Source of the DNA: Antedon mediterranea
Taxonomy: Eukaryota > Animalia > Echinodermata
Direction of reading: 5' to 3'
Length of the DNA: 64,000 nt
Assembly: GCF_964355755.1 (NCBI RefSeq)
Contig: NC_092672.1
Span: 4,216,001-4,280,000, forward strand
Positions 12,561-26,040 of the stretch are shown in pieces (within the stretch, counting starts at the first letter, position 1; each line of letters starts with the position of its first letter). The position numbers were made by a program, and so were the translations under genes. The notes under the pieces were generated by a model. It did no database searches and was not told where the DNA came from. It saw only the letters and a list, made by a program, of their open reading frames with translations.

Positions 12561-14057
12561 AGGATGTTTACATTTTGATTATTGTGTGGTATGAATAATG
12601 TAATTATTGTAGTTACAGCATTAATTAAGGTCACATCATAATGATAATGAAGAAATGTCTATCGCGTTATTGACAACATCACACATTGCTTTTTCATTAT
12701 GTATCGTCATGTTATTTGAAAAATTAATTGAAATGTTGGCATTATTATAGTCAAATACTATAGCAAAATAGTGTATAATATAACCTAACCAATATAGAAG
12801 ATAAAGAAAGAACAAAGATGGGTGTATGGAAAGCTTATTAGCGAATTGTAGTTAGCTCAATTCTTACGTCACACCTTGTGGATATGACTAATGAATATTC
12901 ATGTTTATTTTGTGACGTTTCATGAAGGGTACTTTGGGTACGAAAAGAAATATCGCGTACGGGGTGCGGAAGGACCTCTCCCGACACGATCACACTATAC
13001 GAGAATAATCAGCTAGCCATTTTCGGTCTCTGTATTTGTGCTCACGATATTAATTAATGATTATTAACTATGAATTGTATTGTATTATTAGTCCTCACAT
13101 TCGTGCTTTTATAAAGAGATACATTTCAAAATATTAACTGATGAAATGAAAGGAGTGAGCTTAATTATAATTAGGCCTAGAGATAATCTGATTGTGTATA
13201 CCGTACTAGTGTTATCTTCTAGTATTGTTATTGCTGTTTAATTCACCAGTTTCAAACCGTATTTATTTCCTATTTTAATGCTATTCATGAACAAATAAAT
13301 ATTATAGAATCCGTCAGTTGAGTAAAGTCGTTCCTTTTTAATAGCAGCAAATAAAACATGTTCATGTTCTATATATGTTTTCCTCTAACTTATCGTGTTT
13401 TTCAGAGAGAGAAACATAGGCTTACGTCACAGTGTGAGGATCTAAACTTCATCAACAAATACTGTTATTATTCACCATATAGTTAAAAAACCTATTATAT
13501 ATTCGCTTGTTTTCAGATATTATACACCTAAAGGTTTCGACTTGACGACTCGCCATTTTAATATGCGCATAATACGCGGGAAACGTCCTAAGTGATTTAT
13601 ATATTATGCCTGACTATGCTTTCACAAATTGACTGGAATAAAAAACAACTCACTGCGCATGTTCAGACGCATAAACCGGTTATATTCGGACAAGGGTAAT
13701 GTTGCTGATGGGTATGATACAATCTTTAAAAAAAAAGGATTCAGAAACTAATGTGAAATAAATGCTTGGCCTTTACGTTGAATCCCAAGTAATTACACGC
13801 TAATGTGAACAGGAATTAGGCCTCAAGATCTCATGTAGACAACATACAAAATAAAATAGCCACATTTGTATAAACTAATTTGAAGGATATTTATATAAAT
13901 TGTACACAGTCCTAAATAATATTGAACTATTTAACTGTATTAGTAGTTAACAACGCTGATCACGATACGACTTTCTATATTAATATTCGTCAATGTGTGC
14001 GAGTCTCTTCGTCGTGAAAACACAGATTATGAAACGCTATTTTGACACGGTTCGCGT

Positions 14058-14248
14058 CATACATGGTTCTAGAACGCAATGCAGCGACGTATTGACGCAA
14101 AGTGCTGTATTGCGTAATCACAAATGGGAACTGACGACAGAATAGTGCTGCAAACATCGCAGGTTTGATTTCACGCAGGCGGGGGAAAACACAGTTATTA
14201 GAAGAGCGTTTTCTTACGTTGCGTAGACGTCGCCAGTGGGAACCAACT
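14058..14248. mobile_element. MITE family 1, degenerate copy in the opposite orientation
   Basis: Interior is the reverse complement of the 1872-2077 copy; right TIR CAGTGGGAACCAA. Confidence 0.75.
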
Positions 14249-15739
14249 TTACTTGGATGCAACGCAAAATGACGTAAGCGATAATATAATTTATAATAAT
14301 AATAATAATTTGACCAATCATGACGATCGATCATCCTTGTCGCTTATTATATAGTCATATAAAGTCATTTGCGATGCACTAAGTGAGAGTTTTATTTTCA
14401 ATCTAGGTGGACTGACGAAGTATTATAATTGATGACAAACTTCTTTATTGAATTGTCATCTCCTCATCACTTTTTTATGAAAATTATATTAATGGAAATA
14501 CATTATATTTTTTTTTTCAATTTGCTATGTTCAAAATTTCACGTACACTTATAAATTCATAACTCAGAATCTTGGTGAACCGCACGTTATAATTACTTTC
14601 TTGTTAGAACTAATTTGTTCTCACCACAAACAAATTGGTTCTAGAGCATAAAATGAAGTGATTAATATTTAATCATCCATGACTGATTATCGTCTGTTGA
14701 TCAGATGATAACATTCAGATGTTTGTGGATGATAAAATTATTCTAAAATACACGGATGTTGGTTTAGCACTGAATTGGCTCTCGGTAATCCAAACATACA
14801 GTCGTATAAATATTGAATGTAGATAGAATTTCGTTTTCAATCATCGTCAAATGGGTACGGGTATCGATGCAACGCCGTATCATCGAAATGTTGCGTAAAC
14901 GGCGTTCCATATAGGTATCATCATCCGATCAGTTAAGTAGGCTATGCCACTTGTGAAACGTTGTAACTATTTTAAGAATAGTGTCTCTCATTTTCAAGAG
15001 TAGCATTGCAATGAATGAAGCAATATTTAATTTCGGTTGGTAGGTTATTCCATATTTTTAGCGCCTGAAACTTTGAACGACGAGTTCATCTTACTAATGG
15101 TAGAGCAGGGTATTTTTATATTTAGGCGTTCTACTGTGTGTGGTATAAAGTGAATATGCATATCGTCAATCAAATAATTGGGCTATGATCAAAATAAACA
15201 AAATGGACATCGTTAAATCGGTTATTGTTGGGAACTGTCGACAATTCTGTAACAGCTGAATATCTTTATCAGATATCATTTAGTATAGTTGTCATATTGG
15301 TCGGTGATAAAAATATGGATATAATAATATAATATCCAGTTACGCTGCGCAACTCCGACGTCATGAAACGGGTAACTGCACAACTAAAGTTGACAATTAT
15401 CTTTCAAAAGTTTTGTCTTAGTTATTTTGATGACGTCATCGTGTTAAATAATAAAATAGATGAATCCCGTAATTTCATTCATGCTGTAGGCCACTCTATA
15501 CAAACATAATGTCAAAAAAGAGACACACTTCTTAAAATTCAGGTCATAATTCAACTTTTATTTCAGACAATTGTCCATATGGTATAATACATTACAGAGA
15601 AAACAAAAAAAGATGAAGGAGAGAGGACCAAAACTTTTATCTATTGGTATATAATGCCTCTCTCCATTTGTAGTACATAAGATCCAACATCTACTTTTTG
15701 AGCTCATTATTCTAACACATACGTGCATATTATTGCTAA

Positions 15740-16026
15740 AGCTTGATTCCCACTAGCGACGCAACGTAACACAATCTACGCAACGTAAGCAAATGCCCTT
15801 CTAATAATTGTGTTTGCCCCCGCCTGTGTGAAATAAAACCTGCGATGTTTGCAGCAGTGTTGCGTCGTCGGTTCCCACTTGTGATTACGCAATACAGCAC
15901 TTTGCGTCGATACGTCGCTACGTTGCGTTCTAGTGGGAACCACGCTTAGAGCTTGGTTCCCACTAGGACGCAACGCAAGGTCGTAAGCGCAACGTGACTT
16001 GACCAATCACAAGCAGACCAAGCTTA
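15740..16026. mobile_element. Two adjacent family-1 MITEs upstream of the RASL10-like gene
   Basis: Full copy 15740-15946 followed directly by an internally deleted copy. Confidence 0.85.
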
Positions 16027-16304
16027 ACTCGTATACAGTTTGACACACGGAAAGATAAGATAAAATAAAACAAGTCGTTTATAGAGCGCCACCAAACCGA
16101 CAATATCGTATTGGTTACTTTAAGATATCGCCAAGATTTCATTTGAATGCGTTTGTATCTTCGCAGCTGAGGAGGCGATAAGCCTAGCTGGAAATCTCGC
16201 TCAGTCGTTGATAGATTATTGATACGCGGCGGCCAAGTACGCGTTAGCAACCGTTATGACCGTCTGCTCAAAATAAGGTGACTAGTGATGAGATCATTAT
16301 TAGG

Positions 16305-17048
16305 ATGTTAACCGTATCCAGTTTGTTGTTTGATACTACGATGCCTTCTAAATCGGCAAGCAGTGTTCATGCAAAGCACAGACCACAGAGAACATCTACC
16401 AATTCGGTAGGATCTGAAATAGTGGCAGCTCCAATGGAATCTGTACACATAGCCGTGTTAGGAGCACCTGGTGTTGGCAAGACCTCTTTGATTGAGCAAC
16501 ACGTAACGTGCCGCTTTCCGGAAGTTTCCAAACCAACGACAGTTGCTTCAGTTTATACAGCAGCAGCAGTTTTAGATTCACAACTTTTTGAAATAAATAT
16601 TATAGACATGCCGACGATACCGTTTTACCCGCTGGAAGACTCGATAAAAAGACCTTCTGAAGAAGAAATGAACGCATACGCTACGGCGATCTCTGCGGCA
16701 GAAGCATTGATATTTGTGTATGATATAAGTTCACCCGATACATTCGAATACATACGGGAACTAAGGGAACATATATTAGAATGTTACGAAGAAGATACAG
16801 AAGTACCGTTTATGGTTGTTGGTAATAAACAGGATTTAGACTCAAAGCGCCATCCCCGCAGACATTATTCGCAAGTTGTTAAAAAGACATGGAAATGCGG
16901 ATATTTAGAATGTTCGGCCAAGTTCAACTGGCGGGTCGTGACGTTGTTTAGCGAAGTAATGCGGATGATTACAGGCACGAACGGTAAAGACAGTCATTCC
17001 AGTGGTAAAATACGACTACTTAAAAATAAGAAATGCTCAATAATGTGA
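16305..17048 (+). CDS. RASL10: Ras-like protein family member 10 (RASL10B-like) small GTPase, single coding exon
   Basis: P-loop GAPGVGKT, G4 NKQD, G5 SAK, family signature KTWKCGYLECSAKFNW, degenerate G3 (IIDMP) as in RASL10, C-terminal CAAX CSIM. First ATG at 16305; alternative at 16341. Confidence 0.92.
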   Translation: MLTVSSLLFDTTMPSKSASSVHAKHRPQRTSTNSVGSEIVAAPMESVHIAVLGAPGVGKTSLIEQHVTCRFPEVSKPTTVASVYTAAAVLDSQLFEINIIDMPTIPFYPLEDSIKRPSEEEMNAYATAISAAEALIFVYDISSPDTFEYIRELREHILECYEEDTEVPFMVVGNKQDLDSKRHPRRHYSQVVKKTWKCGYLECSAKFNWRVVTLFSEVMRMITGTNGKDSHSSGKIRLLKNKKCSIM

Positions 17049-17730
17049 CTGCAATTAAACGGCTAACTCAAGGCCAACGGAGTTGATTGATTTTTACTCT
17101 CTTAAGGCGGCATTGCCTTGCCATGAACATTTAATACAACAATGTAAAAAGAAAAACACAATCACACGAAGACGTTTAATCACATCCGCAAAACTTTTAT
17201 CGTAAGTGCTTTTATTTCTGCAGAATTAGAGAGGACGAATTTCAACTTTGGCTGATTACATTATAACATTTATTTAGGACACGGACGAATTATTTAAATA
17301 CAGTTGTGTTTATGCCGCGAAGACATGTTTCTTCGATTTAAATATCTATGCCAGATTTGTAATGTATAAAACAATCAAAGTGCAATTTAACATTTTATAA
17401 TTTCCAAGCGGATATGTCACATTATGTATAATAAAGGATTACGGTATACGACATTATACGAACTCATCACAGTGAGTCAAGCTTGGTATGTTATCTTAAA
17501 ACTCATGCTTTCGCCGCTCTTAGCATCATTGTGGTCTTTCTAATTTCTTAAATTAACGCTAAGCTGTTAATATACTTTTTGTATTGATTGATATAGTAGC
17601 GCTATTTTCACAGCTGAAAGTAACAGAAGGACTGATAGATAACAATTATACGAAGACACAAATGTTACGCGCGCGTACAAAATCTGATAATCATACATAT
17701 GCGTTAATTATTTTGTGTCTTACATGACTA

Positions 17731-17972
17731 AAGCTTGGTTCCCACTGGGACACAACCGAAAAACGTAAACGCAAGTATTTGTCTAATCGTTGTGATTGGG
17801 GGTCAACTTGCGCGTACACCGTTGCGTCTCTGTGAGAATTAAGCTTAAGCTTGGTTCCCGCTAGGACGCAACGCAAGAACGTAAGCGCAACGCAAGCGTG
17901 TTGACCAATGACAAGCGACAGTTCGTGATTAGTCAACTCACTAACGTTGCACCTACATCCTTGTGTTGCGTC
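17731..17972. mobile_element. Family-1 MITE pair, degenerate
   Basis: Left TIRs at about 17731 and 17848; right ends eroded. Confidence 0.7.
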
Positions 17973-18241
17973 CTTAATTATAACGATATCTTTATATAAA
18001 TTGTAATTATTTTTAATAATGTCAATTACGTTGTTGCGCTAGCCGTTACGATGGTCAAAATAAATGTCACTGATCTGAGAAGAGTATTAGTAGTGTTTTT
18101 AAAGTTAAATTAATAGTTGGTGGGAGAATCTGACGGGAAGTGGTGGGCGTAGGCCTACGTAGTGTATATACATTACTCCAAGACGAATAACATAATTTAT
18201 TTTGGTAATTTGACGATACTCTATACAGTATTGCATCTCCC

Positions 18242-18698
18242 TAAAGCTAGAACGTAAGGCAAGGACGTAAACGCAATGCAAGCGTTTTAACCAACGACAA
18301 GCGAAGTTATAGACAGTTAAGCTTGGTTCCCATTAAGCGTGGTTCCCACTAGCGACGCAACGCAGGGACGTAACGCAACGCAAGTGAATTGACCAATCAC
18401 GAGCGAGGCTTATTCGCTAAAGCTTGGTTCCCACTAGAACGTAACGCAAGGACGTAAACGCAACGCAAGCGTTTTAACCAATGACAAGCGAAGTTATAGA
18501 CAGTTAGCAATCACAAGCGAATAAGCCATCGCTTGTGATTGGTCAATTCACTTGCGTTGCCGTTACGTCCTTGTGTTGCGTCGCTAGTGGGAACTACGCT
18601 TTAGCAATCACAAGCGAATAAGCCATCGCTTGCGATTGGTCAATTCACTTGCGTTGCGTTACGTCCTTGTGTTGCGTTGCTAGTGGGAACCACGCTTA
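18242..18698. mobile_element. Nested cluster of family-1 MITEs
   Basis: Outer copy split at GACAG-TTA-GCAATC, with TTA duplicated at 18317-18319 and 18601-18603. Confidence 0.9.
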
Positions 18699-20887
18699 AA
18701 GAAACGCCTTTTAAACATGTTTTGCTGACCATGCCATTTTAATGTCACACAGTTATTCATTTTGACCCAGCATTCATTATCTTTCATGTTAAATATCAGC
18801 ATTAAACTAAAAAAAACAAATTGCTTTTCTGTATCGGAAGATTGTTTGCCTGGACGATTCCAAGATTATAAAATAATAACAAACGAAAGATTGCTCTTAA
18901 AACACGTTCACTGCTATTTCTTGAGGTGATATATTTCACGAACGTTGTAGAATTGAAAAACAGACGAGAGTAGCAAGTGTAGTATAATGCAAATGAACGC
19001 TACAGTTCCATTATAATCTAATGTATATGACCGACTTTGTATACAAATTCGTCACCGTTGATTTAACCTCATCTTACAAAATACGATTTAGCAATATAGA
19101 AAAACGACGTTAATGTTAACAGGAGGACAGCCATTTCGCTGAATTTATGAACAGATAATCGAACTCAGCGATTATCAATTTCAACTCTCCTCAGAGGGAG
19201 ACTTTATTCTTTAAATTCATTAATGTTCGTTCTTGACAGCATTACAATAAAATTTGCTAATAACTTAGTCGTATTTGGTTTATAAGTAGAATATATTTGA
19301 AGTATTAATTTTGAATGAAACGATTTTTTCTTGATTAACTATCTTAGAAAATTTCTACAGAATCAGTAATCTTAAATTATATCAAATATTTAAAATTAGC
19401 TGATATTTTATATATTGGTATGCACTTCAACTGTTGCAAAATGAGACATGGGTGTCGAATACTGTTAATGTATCGAGAAATACTGAGTGTAATGTCAATA
19501 AACCAGATGTATGCGGGAGCTTTGATTGTTTGATTCTATCGGATACATCGGCAAATTATTCCCAAATTAGAAAGGAAGAAATAATTTAAAGAGTGTTACT
19601 TTATATCGAATTTGAAATATCAAAATATTATATTCATTTGAATAATAACAAACATATTAATATCCACAACTCGATGCAGATATTCAACACTGTACACATT
19701 GCTTGCAATTTTATTTAATCATAATTCTGAATATAACGGTAATTACTTTTGGGACCTAAAATCTTTATCACATAATGATTTCATGATATCAAAATATCCT
19801 CTAAAGTTAACTGTGTTAAATAACGACTTATAATAATATAATGAAGATGATAATAATTTATTATAAGTGCAACCCCCTGGATCACCGTGAAGAGATTTTC
19901 TTTATCTAAAGAAACGGAATAAGATGGACGGTACAGTAATCTCGAGTAATCTCAATGAGTCAGAAAAGCGTATTTCCCTTCGCCTTATGAAAACCTGTAT
20001 AATATGCAAATTAGACAAGAAAACATCATCCCACACTTCGAATTCAACAGCCACTTTCAAAAGAATGTTCTTCACCTAATCCTATAGACAATAAATACTC
20101 GCTATAAATACTCGCTTATAACCACTGAAAATTTTGTTCTATAAATTATGCAATTCTGACTACGTTGTAAAAGATTTTATTTTCGCCTCAGACTATATTC
20201 ATGTAAAATGATTCTGCGCACAAAATTCCCGAAGGTCGTTGAAATGAGTCGATTCTACTTGGTAACAGTAAATAACAAAAAGCAGCTGTTCGTATAGAAA
20301 TAAAGAAACGAAATGGAAAAAAGAAACACACACAATTAGTTTAAGCGGGATCACGATAGTACGAGTCGTATCGTCTGCTGATATAATCCATTTTGTTTCA
20401 ACTCGGTGCCAGTTCAATCACGTGATCAGTTTACTAATCAACTTGCAAAAACATGGACATTCGTTACGACGAAAACATGAACCTTCTTTTAACAAACTAA
20501 CGATTATACGATGACCGTATGAACTCATGTGTTTCGGCGGTTAGCATTTATAATCTTTAACTATAAACCCTGAATCCCTCCGAGATAGATACACAAGACG
20601 TTCATGCTATATGACAAGACGTATGTTTACACAAATCCCGTGATAGACCACTTGCGCAAACAGAATTAAAATAATGAACTCAGACGAATGACTTGATTAA
20701 ATGTCAACTGGAATTCAGATATAAAGACACTTAGAATGAATAAGTTTCTTGGGATTACACTAGGCGAGCGGGTTAATGAACGCTATTTTATGACACACTA
20801 GTTCACAGACATCACAACGAAGGTTTCGGAATTATAATGTATTGTTCACACTCGGAAATGGGGATTGACGCGTTTGCGATGGGTAAA

Positions 20888-21167
20888 GGCCAATTTACAC
20901 AGACGAGCAGTAACGGTAAAGCGTAACGCAATTCGTACGTAAGGAAATACGGGTTTTTTGAACGAGTACGAGATCGAGAACCGGTAATTAATGCTGGTTC
21001 TCGTTCCCGATCCGAGATAGCGAAAGCTCTCTATTGTGTTTTCCTCGCCTGCGTGAAATCAAACCTGCGATGTTTGCGGCACTGTTGCGTCCGTCGTCGG
21101 TTCCCACTTGTGATTACGCAATACAGCACCTTGCGTCGATGCATTGCGTTCTAGTGGGAACCACGCT
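20888..21167. mobile_element. Chimeric MITE: foreign left end joined to a family-1 right half
   Basis: Left end TAA-AGGCCAATTTACACAGACG; from about 21033 it matches the family-1 interior and ends CTAGTGGGAACCACGCT-TAA. Confidence 0.65.
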
Positions 21168-24100
21168 TAAGTGTTCCGTTCATCGACGCAACCATGTTGA
21201 ATCAACATTAATATCAGAAACCATTTTTCCAATTGGAGACCGGCAACAATTAAGGAAAAATGTTAATAAATAAATTATAATAAAACCTTGGGTAATGAGT
21301 AGGCCTAGTCATCAAGTTTTTGATGTGGACGAATTTGTAGTTCATTCATTCATTCATTCAGGCTTATCGCCTGACTTTATTAAAAAAATAATAATTACAT
21401 TGAAAAATAAAGCAATTTATGGTCACAAGATAAATGAATTAGTTAATTTCGTTCTCTAAGCAAAACATATATCTTAACTTATAAGCATGATAAATATATT
21501 TAGATAGATTATCAATAATTATTGGATCCTGTGATGACATTAAACGGCAGAATTTAAAAGTATTTGGATTTTCAAAAAATAAAGTAGTCTGCTACGGCTT
21601 TCGCCGGAATGTCTTGTCGATGAAATAATGATATTGTCTGAAAATGTCATATCGACTTGAACTTTCAGAGAAATGAACCATCGGTGATCGAAAGTCCACC
21701 GGCAAACTAGCGTACGTACGGCATTTCACTCGTATGACCTAGGCCTACTAATAAACGTTTTATTTAGTGTACTTCATAATTTGATTTACAATTTACAGAT
21801 CTGTGCTAATGATATTGATTTAGCTTCACTAACAATTTATCCTACTTCCGTCGCTCACAATCATCGTCTCGTTAACATTTCATCAAATGAGTTTTGTGCA
21901 TGTTTCATTGCGTTTTAAGCATACATTACGTTTCGCAAATGAGTCGGCCAATGACGTTGTTTCATTACATTCCCGTTAATACAATGAGTACACGGATTCA
22001 AAGCAGCACACCTTTTATAAGTAAATGTATTTTAGATATTAAATCGATTAAGAATTTCAAATATTGCTAGGTTAATTTTTAAACTGAAGTGTGATATAAA
22101 TTCATGAATATGTTCGATGGCAAAGAGACAGAGCCGCCACTTGTGATTTTTTCGAATCACTGGCGTTACGCGTACGCCATTGCGTTGCGTCCACTGGGGA
22201 CCGAGCTATATTAGTAATAGGCCTAGCTTTGTGTATTTTAAGGCTGCCTGATGTGTTCTAAAATTAATTCAGTGTTAGTGCACCTGCATTTGTCGGATCA
22301 ACACTAACTCGTCCATAGTGACGAGTTTGATCATGTCTGTTTTGCTGTATTACTAAAACTATAGTAGTAGGCCTATACAAATGTATCCTAATTTATGTCA
22401 AATTTATCTAGATTATTACATCTTATCCCTGGACTTATCATCATAGATAAATTAACATCGTTTTGAAATGATTCTGGATCAGTTTATTTGTGAGATTATA
22501 CAAGAAAATTAAAAAACTAGTATGTTTACAAATAGCATCCATAATTATTCGTTCACATGAGCATGTGACTGATCAAAATATCTATTAAACGGCCAATTAG
22601 GCGTAATTGCTTTTAAACGTTCGATTTAAATGTAAGGTTGATTTGGCAGCTGGCTTAATATGAAAAAGAGAAATTAGAATTTGTAACATAAAAATAATTA
22701 ATTCTACTGTTCGACCGTACACAACCCGCCGTGCTCCAATTTGTTTAGTGCGGCGCGCCGCTGCGGTTTCCGTACTCGATAGCGACGTGCGTGCAGTTTA
22801 AAGAGCTGAAGCTTGGATCTTCACCTGGTGGGTTTGTGGTCTCTGTCCGAATTTAGCCACTGGAATAAACCACTTTAATATGTTGTAAAAACAATGTGGA
22901 GAAGATAGGAAAAGGACACGCCCAGCCCCGGGTTCCATGAGTTCGCACTACGAATATTTTATCTTGCAGAACCTCATTGAATTAATGCACGAGGCTAAAT
23001 CATATCGCATGTTCATCAATCAATCATCATCTTCGTGCGTATAGTATAGCATCACCCGTATTTGCACTTTAATATAACATTTATAACTATATTGATAAGA
23101 AATATATCTTAATTTGCCCATAGAGTATAAGTATAACAAACCGTTTATATAAGAAATCCTCACAGCTGACCTTTTAGAATCGGTCTTCGACATAGGCCTA
23201 GATTGTGCTCCCCTAGAAATTTATCTTTGTTATCAACAACCAAGTACTTAAGCAAATTAATTCGTCTATCTTCTGTAGCCATATATCAATACTAAGTCAA
23301 CGCAATTTGGATTATTGTTGAGTTGGACGTAACTTTCATTTCATTTCATTTCATTATTTATGTGGTCTATTTAAGTATATACAACACAAAAAAAAACTGA
23401 AATTGGGGAGACCAGGGTCAACCTAAGTGAACTTAATCACTGTAGCTGAGCCGGTTGACCCAACCCCTAAGTCAGTTTACACATAAAAGACTTTAACTTA
23501 TAGGTCTAAGCGCATTGATTGATTGAACGAACAGCAGGAAATGAAGATGAAGATAAACAAACAAAGTAGAGGAGAAGGTGGAGAGAAGAAAGAAGCAAGA
23601 GGGCAAGAGGGTGATTAAAGAACACTATTATAAAGGAGGTGATATATATAGAAGGCCTATTACGGCCTCTGTATGACGCTCTAAGCTTAAATTAAATAGT
23701 CACACATCAACCTCATGCATATTCAAATCAAGTTATGTCAAATATAACTTCCTTTATGATTTTAGCCTTAAGAGGTCGTCGACGAAAAATGTACAAATGT
23801 TCACTTTTTTCAAGTTTGATATAACTGAATACAGTAGTTAAGAACCTGTTTTTTATAGCCGGCCATCTGCATTGTAATAAATGTATGAAGTCAGAGGATG
23901 ATCACGGTGATAATATATAACACTATATTTAGAAAGGCGATGTTAATAATAAAGGCTACATTTTTGGCTATTTTTAGTATATCGATGTATTAATAACCGA
24001 CAGGTTTTACAAACGATTAAGTTACCCTTTTGCCTGAAACGGAGTTATTTATGGTAGAAATGTGAAGAAGAATTTATTTTTGTGTCTAATTTTATTTTTA

Positions 24101-24194
24101 AATTACTATCCAGTCTCTTGTATGACGTAGGTATCTAAGTAGAGCCAGACAGCAACGAGTGTTAACACTGAATATCTTGTGTGCTGCTCATTGT

Positions 24195-24718
24195 GCTTAT
24201 CATGTTAAAGGTGCGCTGACGATGGGTTATCATGTTAAAGACACGCTATGACGATGGGTTATCATGTTAACGACACGCTATGACGATGTGTTATCATGTT
24301 AAAGGCACGCTATGACGATGGGTTATCATGTTAAAGGCACGCTATGACGATGGGTTATCATGTCAAAGGTGCGCTGACGATGGGTTATTATATTAAAGAC
24401 ACGCTATGGCGATGGGTTTTCATGTTAAATACACGCTATGACGATGGGTTATCATGATAAAGATGCACTATGACGATGGGTTATCATGTTAAAGACACGC
24501 TATGACGATGTGTTATCATGTTAAAGACACGCTATGACGATTTGTTATCATGTTAAATACACGCTATGACGATGGGTTATCATGTTAAAAACACGCTATG
24601 ACGATGGGTTATCATGTTAAATACACGCTATAAAGATACGCTATATGACGATGGGTTATCATGTTAAAAACACGCTATGACGATGGGTTATCATGTTAAA
24701 GACACGCTATGACAATGG
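24195..24718. repeat. 32-bp minisatellite, about 16 copies
   Basis: Unit TTATCATGTTAAAGACACGCTATGACGATGGG; no unique spacers. Confidence 0.95.
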
Positions 24719-24914
24719 AATTAACACAGACAATAGACGATAATGAGGAGAATGCATGGTGAGTGGAGAGGAACACAATGCAGAATAGACAAATGAAGAT
24801 GATGATGTATCTCTACATAATTTCATCGTCTGCTACAGACGGATGGTGTAACAGACAGATTATGTCGAAGAGGTTTATAATGCGATTATGTGATGAGTAG
24901 GTACAGTAGAAAAT

Positions 24915-25475
24915 GAGGAGGAGGGGGTAAGGAAGATGATGGGTGAGGAAGAGGATAGGAGGAGGGGGTAAGGAAGATGATGGGTGAGAAAGAAGATAGG
25001 AGGAGGGGGTAAGGAAGATGATGGGCGAGGAAGAGGATAGGAGGAGGGGGTAAGGAAGATGATGGGTGAGAAAGAGGATAGGAGGAGGGGGTAAGGAAGA
25101 TGATGGGCGAGGAAGAGGATAGGAGGAGAGGGTAAGGAAGATGATGGGTGAGAAAGAGGATAGGAGGAGGGGGTAAGGAAGATGATGGGTGAGAAAGAGG
25201 ATAGGAGGAGGGGGTAAGGAAGATGATGGGCGAGGAAGAGGATAGGAGGAGGGGGTAAGGAAGATGATGGGTGAGAAAGAGGATAGGAGGAGGGGGTAAG
25301 GAAGATGATGGGTGAGAAAGAGGATAGGAGGAGGGAGTAAGGAAGATGATGGGTGAGAAAGAGGATAGGAGGAGGGGGTAAGGAAGATGATGGGTGAGAA
25401 AGAGGATAGGAGGAGGGGGTAAGGAAGATGTTGGGTGAGGAAGAGGATAGGAGTGGTAAGGAAGAAGATAGGAGG
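24915..25475. repeat. 41-bp purine-rich minisatellite, about 13 copies
   Basis: Unit GAGGATAGGAGGAGGGGGTAAGGAAGATGATGGGTGAGAAA. Confidence 0.95.
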
Positions 25476-25839
25476 TGAAAGCGGAAAGAGGAGGGGATGA
25501 TGAGAATGAGTATCAAGTAGGAGATATTTATTATTACTCTGCGGTGATTATGATGGTTGGAAAACGAAGGATGATAACGATATTATCAAATAGAAAATGG
25601 AATGAGTAAAAAGAACAAGAAGCGATGAAAAAAAGGAGAGAAAAAGAAGAGGGGTGAATAAATAACGATACTGGTGATTTCTATATCATAAATCTCCATT
25701 GCCAGGTGTGACAACTTTTTCCCAAAAAAGTCTCTTCCGGAGAAAGAATTACGAATGCATGACAACGACACAAGCCATGAACTGAGATACAGACGTCAGC
25801 TTGTGTAACAAAAGTTGGGAGAGATTATTTAGAGGGTTA

Positions 25840-26040
25840 GGTTCAGTTATATTTAGAAAATATCTGCTATCTTTAAATCTCTCGGATTTTAAGAGAAAGA
25901 CTTTAGGAAACAAATTACGCTTGCTGGGTCGATGAACCAAATTGTTTGATCTGTCAAAACAGTGGGTACTTACGAAAATCTTAAAGATCAATTGAATAAA
26001 TAACGGTTTAATGTGCGAGGTCAGTAATAGTCGATACAAT
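25840..26040 (-). mobile_element. Possible decayed LINE ORF2 3' remnant
   Basis: Translation ...RPSKRNLFPKV..KSERFKDS resembles the C-terminal RFKNSF motif of L2/CR1-group ORF2. Weak. Confidence 0.3.

Noticed and set aside
16278-16304. GTG start for RASL10 given by the ORF track
   Set aside because: Eukaryotic gene; the first in-frame ATG is at 16305
24195-24718. 32-bp repeats as a CRISPR array
   Set aside because: Units are contiguous with no unique spacers, there are no cas genes, and the context is eukaryotic
24875-25516. Pro/Ser-rich 213-aa ORF
   Set aside because: The 41-bp repeat read through all three frames
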